From NCBI GenBank assembly GCA_003971905.1, contig RSEE01000010.1, positions 868,001 to 932,000 of the forward strand: a stretch of 64,000 bases of DNA. The letters are read 5' to 3'. Below, one piece after another: positions 38,901-49,175 of the stretch (the first letter of the stretch is position 1; each line of letters begins with the position of its first letter). The DNA is from Moniliella sp. 'wahieum' (taxonomy: Eukaryota). Under the pieces are notes generated by a model. The model did not search any database and had not been told where the DNA came from. It saw only the letters and a program-made list of their open reading frames with translations. Position numbers and translations under genes: made by a program.

Positions 38901-41900
38901 TGCGTCCCCTGTAAGCAATGCTTAGAGAGGTGAGGAACCAGGGCGTGCGTACAAGGCAGAGAGGATGAGTAGGGCAGAAAGGCAAACTCTTTGAATCAGC
39001 TCATCCCTACTGCTTCCCTTCTCACTTCTCCATACAACAAAGCTCTCTGTGAGTGGGGCGAGGCAAAAGAGGGGGCGTATAGCACGTGGCCTCCTGTATA
39101 ACCAGGGAGCTCCAAATAAGCACTGGGAACTACACGACAGGAGAACAGGGTATTCGGTGAACGGCTTGATGAGGGGACAGGGGCAGCGGGACTCAACAGA
39201 GAAAAGGGAGAAAGGAGAGAAAGGCATGCCGAACGAACTGCACAGGTTAATACACAAGTCAGGCACTCAGCCGGGTGTACAATCTGCCCCTGTTACTTCC
39301 TTTGGGCGTGGTAGAGAGGTATTGGGCCGTGTGCCAAGTCGAGATGGCGTTGTGAGGCAAATAAATGTACACAAAAAAACGGGTACGTACGACAACCCAT
39401 CCAGGTCGCCTCCAGGAGGTTCTGCTTCCCATCCGAGAAAGGAGCAAAAACCGTGTTCATCGAATGCGCTGCATGGCCGAAGAAACAATACACCAACCAT
39501 CCGGCCGCCGCCCGCGATCGTGAGATGGAGACGATAACGATCGAGGAGAATTCAGGATCGAGAACCCCCGCCACCAACGGCGGGCTCTCTCAGATCTCAG
39601 AACTCACTCATGCTCAGAAATGCCGAAGAGTGGGGACAGGCGGGATGGCTTGCGCCATCGCCAGCGGGGATCCTCAGGATGGACAATATACCCGTCAGAT
39701 AATAAGCTACCCACAATAATAAGATTCACGGCGTGTGGGGTATAGGAAGCTATGAAGCTTATTGAAGAAACAGCCTGTTTCACTATGGCATCTCTCTTTG
39801 CAGAGCGAGACAAGAGCCCAGCGCGGGCAAGACACAGGCGCATTGGCACTTGCACCCTATGTAGTCCCTGCTTTGCGATCGCGCATGGCGGGGGGATTGT
39901 TTGCTTTGACGAGGTACACCCGCGGCTGTGTGTGGCATGGCTCCTATTTTTTCCAGGGTACGTATACACACGTCGCGCCACCGAATCCATGCCGAGATCA
40001 TGCGATCATGCTATTATGCCAGCTATATATATGCCCTGTGTGTGTGTACTGTACTAAAGTACTCCCACCGTCGTCAGGCTGCGGTCGCGGCCATCAAATG
40101 CATCCTACTCGTTGCACGCCGCGACCCCCCTATCCTGATATCTTCTCCGCCACACAGACGGTAGCCTTCGTATTTGATCCGCGATCAGAAAAATTGTCCT
40201 CGTAAAGGAGCCATGTCCCACGGCTATTTCAGTTATACTCCCCCTAAGAGCATCACAGGGGGACCACGTGCCCACGAAGTGGAGCGCAGCTGTGGTTTTA
40301 TGATTCGATCTCTCGTCTATGCACTACGGTCAATGCCCTTTCCCCGGCCTAGGCCGGATCGGCGCTTGCGCAAGGTGAGATCTGTCCCCTGCTCTCTGGG
40401 CTGCCTGAAACCTGAGGGCCCGAGGGCTTGCCATGGATTGCATCATGTGTTGCCCGGGAGCAAGCCAGTCTCACCGACAGACAAACAAATGGCAGTGAAT
40501 CGGAATCGGAGCGTTCGAGACAACGGAAGAGGCATGTGTGGGGTAATTGAACTGTTGGGAAGGATTGCATGCGCGTTACGCATTACAGAGCCAGCCTTCA
40601 GTTCTCCAACTATATACGTTCACGTCTATGATGAAGCATGAAGAATGAATGAAGCTTGAAGATAGAACGCGATGAGGCGGGTCGGCACAATCGGACTTTT
40701 CCACGGGGTCTCTTGAACGTTGCGCCTGGCCACGAGTTCCGTGGGAGAGTGTCTCCATAAGATGACCTCTGCAATGGACGCTTGAGAGGGGGCATGCGCA
40801 GATATAGTGCTTTGCTGTAGTCGTCGGGCAGAGCCAAGCAGCGTCCCAGAAGGAAGAGGTTTTTGCGCACACACGTTATTCATATAGGCCCAGGCGCCGG
40901 ACTTGAAAGCGGGGAGCGCCGATGGGCGAGGAAGGACAAACGAACTGTTGATTGAAAGGTGGTTCTTATAGAGTGGAGTGTCTCAAAGAAGGGGAAAGAG
41001 GGAAAGAAATGCTGGCCAGCTTGTTGGCCATCACCATTTGGGATGTATAAGAACAGAGGCAGGTTTATTCATGAGAAGGTAAAAGACCAACAGTCTACAG
41101 TGTAAAGTGGAAAGGAGTCAGAGGGAAAAGTGAGGACCAAGGACGAAAGGCACACGAGGCGAGAGACGAGGCGAGGGTCAAGGGCATGAATCATCTCTCG
41201 CGAAAGTATACACAGGCTCTCAGGTATATAGGAAGACCAATACAACCTTAGTGCAACAGCTAATGTGCACCACAAGATTGGCTGACGTATATGCGTTGTT
41301 GCATCTCGCGTAGCGCCCCCCCCCCCTGCTAACAACATCAAGAATCATGCTGTATGGGCTGTGATTATTACGTCAATGGATGTTGCCCTCATATAACGCT
41401 GTGAACATCTATGGCTGCATGATTCCTTTTACGTCTAAATCCACTGAATGCACGCTTGGACCTGTGAGACCTGGGCCGAGAGTCTGTCAGGTACGGCCGA
41501 GGTCGCTGTTACTGGTGTGCGTTTGCTTTTTGTTCACATCTCTTTTCTCATCTCCTGCTTCGAATGAATTCTACAGGAAAATGCGCGCACGGAGAATATT
41601 GTACAACGATTGTGAGTTACGAGTTTCCTGATCTGTGCGTCCTGTTATTGTGGTCGCTGGGTGAGGCTCTTCCCTCGGCCTGCCCTTTTATTGTTTGTGC
41701 CTTTTCGCTATCATTTTCCCCATCTCCATCTCTTGTTAATCTGTACCTTCTGCATCTTCATCATTATGTATGCACAAAGGATGACGATAACAAACTGCTT
41801 TCTCTCCGCCATACAACTCACGTCTGCTCTGAGGCCAAAATGAAGCATAGTGGCGATAGCCTCATGACGCCCTGAAGAGGCCTTGGATGTAGTAGTAGTA

Positions 41901-44068
41901 GTAGTGATGGTGGCGGTCTAAAGGCGAAGGAACGAGAGACACCTAATACAAACAGCAACAAGCGATTTCCTGCACGATGGATGCGGAACAACAAGAGGAA
42001 AAACAACAGAAGAGCGGAGGGAAAACATATACTTCCATCAAACTGCATCATGCATGCTGATGTACCGCATAATGTACACTGAAGGCAGAAGAGACCATAT
42101 GTGCTGGGGCACAAGAGACTAGTATAAGAGACTAATATCAACTTTTTCTTCAAAAGAGCTGAGGGAGAACAACCCTAGTTCTCATATTGGCAGTTGGGCC
42201 ATACGTAGACTAGGTGGGGCTAGGCCCTAGCCTACTAGGGTCATAGCTTAGCGCTAAGGTTTAGCCCTCACACATGCATCATACTTAGAGAGCGTATATA
42301 GCCTGCCCTTGCCACTTGTCGTCCGTCACGTTTTCCAAAGATGGGCCAATACCCGCTCCTATACCCTTTTCTGCGTGTTTTGGGCTGAAGCCCATAAAAT
42401 ATAGAAGCCCGCCATCCGCGCGTGCACCACGCGCCGAGACGTAAGCACACCGTACCTGGTGGGAGAAGAGAGCATGTTATGCAAATGACACCACCCAACC
42501 TCTCCCCAGCCCTCCCTCTAGGAGCCTCGGAGCCTCCGCCTCAAATCTGGTAATAAGGACTGTTGGATCATGCATTGGATCATGCATGTCATGCCATCTC
42601 TCAACAGTGCGTGTCAGACTTACTTGCCAGGCGGTGTGTCAGGCAGCGAGGAGCCTGAGGGAATTGGGGTGTTCCAGTGGTGTTCCTACAGTGGCGTGTA
42701 AAATAAAATACCCCCTGCGTAGTGTGATGCTCGCGCGCTGGGGGCGCTCTGCATGACGTGTGTGCTAGATGACGCAAAAGCCGCGTGTTGAAGCTGTGAG
42801 AAGCTTCATCACGTCTCTCGATGGATGTCGGATGGGCCCGGCGAGGAATGGAGATGGGCATGGGCAAGAAAAAGTGCAGTGCAGCTTTTGAAGTCGCAGT
42901 CCGCAGCACCGCGCCGGCTCGCAGTTGCGTACCATCAGCTCGAGAGTGAGTGACACAAGTGACTAGTGACAGGACCGCTATTAGGCTCTTGGAGGACAAT
43001 GTTCCAGTTGTTTAGCTCCCGAGACTGCTACGTAGTCCGAGGGTCTACTAGGCGCTACTATCACGATGCCAACTCACTGGTACTTGCCGTACTTACCCCT
43101 CCCCTCCCCTCCCCTCTTCCTGTCATATATCACCCATCATTCCATCTCCGCCCGTTTCCGCCCCACATCCCACGACGGAGAGTCATCTCCACACTCGCGT
43201 CCCCGCCATCCAACGCTATCGCGGCGTTGGACGTTGCAACGTTCGTTCACCGTTCAGCCTCAGCGTCCCCAACGTCTCATCTCCACCGCCTCATCTCCAC
43301 CGTCTTTTGCCCTCGTTTTCCGCAGCCGCAGCCGCAGACAAGCACAATTGGCGATGGAGGCCGATGCATGATGCTTCTCGGGGCAGCGACGTGGTGACGG
43401 ATGATTCACCCCCGTCACCTGGAAGCTATTTGAAGGTACTAAGGCTTGAAGCTTGAACAGCTTTGGACGCGGAGCTGGCGAACGATGGGCGAAGCAGCAC
43501 AATGGCATGGTGGGCGCTCCTCTCGTCTTTGGCAACAATTATGAATCAACGTTCAACGCTCAACTTGAGCCGTGGGATTAGGAGCTGCGGCGCGACGGGC
43601 CGCGGGGCAGGGAGGCGGTGTGGGGGTGTGGCACCTTCCCAATCGCGCAGCACCCCTTCTCACGTGGGATTGCCACGTACCCTCTGCTACTAATCGTGTA
43701 GATTTGTGGTGCCGAAAACGAAAACGGAAACGGCGCGAGCTGCCGTACGGCCGCAGCCCTGCCTGGCCCCCCTTTTCGTTTGGCATCCCCCGCACTCCAC
43801 AGCGCCACACCCGCACAGCAGAGAGCTGCGTGGAGCAGCTGCGCGCTGAGCCTGCGCCCTGGGGTAACCCGGGGTAACCACACTCGGTTCTCGGCGCCAA
43901 TACGCAGTGCGTCCAACGCGTTGCGCCGCTGAGGGCGCTGGGCGCTGAGCGCTCGCTGAGGCAGTAGCGCCGACAGCTCAGCCTGGCGCCATCGCAGCAC
44001 AGCGTCAGTGTCAGGCGCAGTGCTGTGCACAGTCCCCCCCGCTCCCCCCGGACGTGGCCCCGCGAGTG

Positions 44069-44074
44069 TATAAA
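44069..44074 (+). promoter_or_regulatory. TATA box of the 62-aa zinc-ribbon gene
   Basis: TATAAAGG in GC-rich context followed by a CT-rich leader, about 190 bp before ATG 44264. Confidence 0.6.
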
Positions 44075-44263
44075 GGCGCTCCTAGCGCCCCTCCTCCATT
44101 CTCTTTGTCTGTCCCTGGCACGATCCGCCTCTTCTTTGTTGAGTGCTTTCCTACCGCCGTCCACCCCTGGCTCTCTCCTTCGCTCCCCACCCCGACACAC
44201 CGTGCCTTCTTCACCTCAACCCATCCCATCCCCCCGAGAACCAGCCCCTCCTGCAGCTCAACC

Positions 44264-44452
44264 ATGTCTGGCGGCGTTCAGCTCCGGTGCCCAAACTGCA
44301 ACTACAATGTGAGTTACTACTGGGAGCGGTGCAAGAACTGCGGCTTCTTCCTCGCTTGCCGCCCCGGTGCGCCCGATAACGGTCCCCTCTGGCCCCATCG
44401 CCATCTCGATGACCTCTCCTCGGCCTTGTCACGCGAGACGAAGCATTGCTGA
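44264..44452 (+). CDS. 62-aa microprotein with N-terminal CxxC-x10-CxxC zinc ribbon
   Basis: MSGGVQLRCPNCNYNVSYYWERCKNCGFFLACRPG; tcaaccATG context, mostly C/G-ending codons, upstream TATA. Confidence 0.7.
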   Translation: MSGGVQLRCPNCNYNVSYYWERCKNCGFFLACRPGAPDNGPLWPHRHLDDLSSALSRETKHC

Positions 44453-45049
44453 ACAAGCCCCCTCGCACGCCCCCCCCTTCCACCCTCGATCCACATCCTC
44501 TCAACTTCCTGCATTCACCCAAGGCTGGACCTTGAATCAAGACGTTAGGATGGCTTGCTATCCAACCTTGTTCCTCCTGATCGATGATCCCTCTCGAGGC
44601 AACCCTTCCATCCGCACTCGCCACGCTGCCCCACCGTGTGCGCTTACGCATTCGCCCATCGGGGCACCGGTCTCCCCGCCATTTCCCCCCCCCCTCTCCC
44701 CTTTCCCAGCTCCTCTTTTCTATATCCCTGTGTGCACCACAGGGTCATACCATATTGGCATTGGCGTTAGTGCTGTTCCTCGGGCGTGGCCTTCTCCCTC
44801 ACCTTCCTCCTGATCATTGTTCCGTCTTCCCTCGCATCTGCATTGGTGTCTGCACACCCCACTGTACCTATGTATCACCATGGCACCTTGCCTCTGCAGC
44901 AGGCTTCAACTGAAGCTCCCGCAGAAATGATTGTATTCGTGCCAGTCATGCGTGCCATCAAAACAAACCTTCCTTCTGCTCTGCAAGGGGAAGGGCGTAG
45001 AAAGATAATACAGTAGCAAGATGAGGAAGATGGATGTGAACGGTGCGGA

Positions 45050-46057
45050 TCACAGTGCTGTGTCGTCCGGTTGGGACGCCGGGGTGAAGGCAGAGATGGG
45101 GTAGGTAGCTCCTTGCCAATGCAGATGGGCTGCGACGGCAGATGGACCGTCATCAGGCTCTTCCACCAACTCCAACCGGTCCGCCAGGTGGCGCAGGACG
45201 AGCGAGTCGGACAGGGCGCAGACGGGCATGCCGGCGCGCAAGAGCGGCCGTGGGGACGGGTGGTAGATCCGTCCGGTTTCAGGATGGAGGGTCAAGTGCG
45301 CCGGCTCAAACGGCTCCAATCGTCGGCCTGCCACAAAAGCGACAAGTCACTGGGCGTTTTCGGGCAGGGAACCAGGTCGCGGTACACGACCGCCGTCCCG
45401 TCCGGCTCAATGGGACGGACAAAGTTCAGCTCGCCCATGCAGGGGCTCAGGTACCTGTACCCGGCACGCTGGGCTATGTGCGCCGCACGTTGCTCCACCT
45501 CGGCCTTGGTCGCACTAGGCGAGCTGTGCGATACCAGCTGCTCGGGCCAGTCGTGTCGGTCCCATACCGGGACGCCATCCTGGCCCAGTTCCTCGCCCGT
45601 ACAGCCCAGCGTTTCGACCAGTTCCGACAGAGATGCCGCCGGGTACGGGTTGGGCCTGATGCGGACAAAGAAAAAATCAAGAAAGGCTAGGTCCTTGTAG
45701 CACGTCTGCCAACAGCGGGGCCGCGTCAGCGAGAAGTAATAGCAAAGGGGCTGTGCCCAGGCAAGAACACATAGCAAGCGGGGTGAAGACGAAGCGCGAG
45801 CTGGTTACCTTACCGCCATGTTCTTGACCGGCGTGTCGTGCAGAAAAAGTTGGCCGTGCGCATCGACGGCATAGCGATAGATGCGCACCGGCTCGTCTTG
45901 CCGCCCCGCGCCCGAAAGGGGCACGGCCGCCGGCGGGGGTACGGGGGGGAGGCCGAGGCGGACGCAGTGGAGGACACCATGCGCCCCGCCCACGAAGCGG
46001 CGAGGCGAGGCCAGGAACGGGCGGCGCACAGAGGCGGCCGTGCACCCGCAGCAGCAT
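45050..46057 (-). CDS. UPF0598/C8orf82-like (DUF4505) protein
   Basis: [59 protein letters not shown]; intron at about 45709-45812. Confidence 0.8.
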
Positions 46058-46163
46058 GCCCACCGCAGAGCGCAGCCCAGCCCATCGTCGCCACTGGCGG
46101 TGGTGTGCGCGGCGGCCAAGGCAGGCTGCGACGCAGACGGCCGCCAGCGAGAGACGCGGCGCC

Positions 46164-46200
46164 GCATCACGTGATGCCCCCATTGGCGGCGGTGAGTCAT
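46164..46200. promoter_or_regulatory. CACGTG (bHLH/Cbf1-type) palindrome plus TGACTCA (Gcn4/Cpc1-type) site in a bidirectional promoter
   Basis: gcatcacgtgatgc at 46164-46177; tgagtcat at 46193-46200. Confidence 0.4.
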
Positions 46201-46317
46201 GCATCATGGAAGCCACCGACTGCTCGGCGACGTCGAGGGCGGAAGAATTTTGCTGGCCACCACCACCACCACCACCGCCTCTTCTCCTCTCCGTCGACGC
46301 GGCTGCTGCGTCGGTTG

Positions 46318-48989
46318 ATGAGCCACGGGTTCTTCTTCTTCTCCCGCTCGCCGTCCACCTCCCTTCCCCGCCGCTTGCTCAGCACCTCCGCCACCGCCAT
46401 GAGTGCTGCCCAGCCGCCCTGGCTGCGCCCGCACGCGCCCGCGCCGGTGCCCGTGCCGCTGCGTATGCAGAACAGCCTGACGCGCTCCAAGGACGTCTTT
46501 GTCCCCGTCCGCCCTGACGGCGTCGTGACGTGGTACAACTGCGGGCCGACGGTGTACGATGCGTCGCACATGGGTCATGCACGCAACTATGTGACCCAGG
46601 ACATCATCCGCCGCATCCTCCGTGACTATTTTGGCTTTGACGTGCACTTTGCCATGAACATCACCGACATTGACGACAAGATCATCCTGCGTGCCCGCCA
46701 ACAGTTCCTCCTCACTGAAAACCGTACGGCCCAGCCGACGCTTTGCCCGTCCCTGCTGGACCAGGTCCAGCGCGCGACGACGATGCCTACACGCTCACCC
46801 ACCTTGCCGCCTGGACCACACCGCCGCCGCACGAGTCGACGCCCGATCCCGAAGCCATCTTTGAAGCCGTCCGTGCCGCCCATGCCGCCTATGAGCAGAG
46901 CCCGGGCCAAACACCACTGACCAAGCCGGACGGCACCCCAGCCAACGCCGAGAGCAGCGCCAAGCTCAAGATGCACCTGACCGCTGTCCAGTCGGCGCGC
47001 GATGGCTTGTTGGCTGCCAAGCTGGCACCAGCCGGGGAGGATGCCAGTGCGCTGCACACGGCGGCGGGGGATGTGTTGGCGCCGTACTTGGATGCTGCCA
47101 AGGGGGCAAGCGTGACGGATCCTGCGATTTTCCGCGCCTTGGCTGCCCGGTGGGAAGCGGCATTTTTCCACGACATGGCGCGGCTCAATGTGGAGCGTCC
47201 GACGACCCTGACCCGGGTCAGCGAGTACGTGCCGGAAATCGTGTCGTTTGTGGAGCGGATTGTAGAGCGCGGGTTTGGCTATGCCGACGCGGTGGGCAAT
47301 GTGTGGTTTGATGTGCGTGCGTTTGATGGGGCGGCGGTGGACGCTGTGGCGCAGGCGCAGGTCGAAGGTCAAGCGCCAGCGCAAGAGCAAGAGCAAGGCG
47401 CGTGTGCCAGCACACACAGTGCACCACGTTGCACCACGTGTACGCCAAGTTGGCTCCGGCGAGCAAGACGGATTCGGCTTTGCTTGCCGAGGGCGAGGGC
47501 AGTCTGTCGGTGGGCGCGGCGCAGACCCGGGGCAAGAAGAGTGCAGCGGACTTTGCGCTGTGGAAGAGCAGCAAGCCCGGCGAGCCGGCGTGGCCGTCGC
47601 CCTGGGGTCCCGGCCGGCCAGGATGGCACATTGAGTGCAGTGTCATGGCCAGTGCGGTGTTTGGCCCGAAAATTGACATTCATTCCGGCGGGGAAGACCT
47701 CAAGTTCCCGCACCACGACAATGAGCTGGCGCAAAGCGAGGCGTACCACGGCACGTACCAGTGGATCAACTATTTCCTCCACACGGGCCACCTGCACATC
47801 GAAGGCGCCAAGATGTCCAAGTCGCTCAAGAACTTTATCTCGGTCGACGATGCCTTGGCCCAGTACAGCCCTCGCCAATTGCGCCTCGCGTTCCTCTTCC
47901 AGCCGTGGGACCGCAGGATGGACTTTAGTGCCAAGGCGATTGATGAGGTGCGTCGGTTCGAGGCCGCGACCGACAACTTGTTCCGTACCGTGCGCGCGCG
48001 TGTCTTGGCCGCGCAGCAGGCGGCCGGCTCGGACGCCACAGCGCAGGCCCAAGCGCTCGACCCTCCCCTCCCACCAGCGGGGAGGGCATCACGCATGGCT
48101 ACACGCACCGCGAAAGCAGCTTGGCAGCCGCCTGGGTCGCACCCAGCATGCCGTGCGCCTCGCGTTGGCGGACAACTTTGATACGCCACTCGCGCTGCGT
48201 TTGGTCCGCGACTTGATTGGCGAGACCAACGTGTACCTCGACAGTGGCAGCAAGCCCAACCTGCCCGTGGGGGTGCACGTGCACATGCCCACGCTGCTGT
48301 CGGTCGTGCACTGGATGACCCACCTCTTCTCCATCTTGGGCCTCACCTACCCGTCCCCCATCGAGACGCAGTTTGGCTGGGGCGTTGCGCCGGCGCCGAC
48401 GCGCGCCGAGCGCGACGAGCGGAAGTGACCGCCTCCGCCTCTGCATCCACATCAACGGTCGATAAAGAACAGCTGGTCGCGCCGTACGTGACGCTGCTGT
48501 CGCAGTTCCGGGACGAGGTGCGTGCGCTGGCGCGCACACGAGCCAGCCGCCTTGCCAAAGCAACTGCTGGCGCTGTGCGACCGGGTACGAGACGATGGCC
48601 GTCTGGACGAGCTGGGGGTGACGTTGGAGGACAGCACGACGGGTCCGGCGTTGGTCAAGTTTGTGCCGCCGGCCGAGCTGCGGGCGGCGCGCGTGGCGCG
48701 CGAGCAGGCGGCGCAGGACAAAGTCGCGCGGAAACAGGCTGCGCAACAGGCCGCGCGCCAAACAGTTGGCCTCTGGCAAAAAGGTCGTACGCCCCCAGCT
48801 GACTTGTTCCGCTCCGCCCCCGATGCCAGCACCAAGTATGCCACGTACGACGACCAGGGCATCCCGCTCACCGATGCCCAGGGCGAAGCCTTGTCCAAGT
48901 CGCGCCGCAAGGCGCTCGATAAAGAGTTCAAGGCCCAGGTCCGGCTCCACCAAAGTTTCCTCGAGGCGCAGAAGGCCGGCGAGATCTAA
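46318..48989 (+). CDS. CRS1: Cysteinyl-tRNA synthetase
   Basis: [94 protein letters not shown]. Confidence 0.95.
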
Positions 48990-49175
48990 GCCACTACGGG
49001 GGTTTGGGCGCACGGCGGAGAGATGGAGGGGGGGGGGGGAACTTCCGATCCATATCCATCTATACACATACACATGCAAGCAACATGCAACCGATCCCGC
49101 GGCCATGCCGAGGGCACACCGCGCCATAGAAAGCCAAAGGAGCAGGACAGGGCAGGGGAGCCGCGTGGGGTAGTT

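Noticed and set aside
37500..42500. Centromere or transposon remnant
   Set aside because: No RT/integrase/transposase fragments, LTRs or TIRs recognisable; cannot be supported from sequence alone
84..46400. Functional cluster of mitochondrial genes (IND1, L2HGDH, PHB2, PET127, MIX17, C8orf82)
   Set aside because: Interspersed with unrelated genes, and the frequency is compatible with chance
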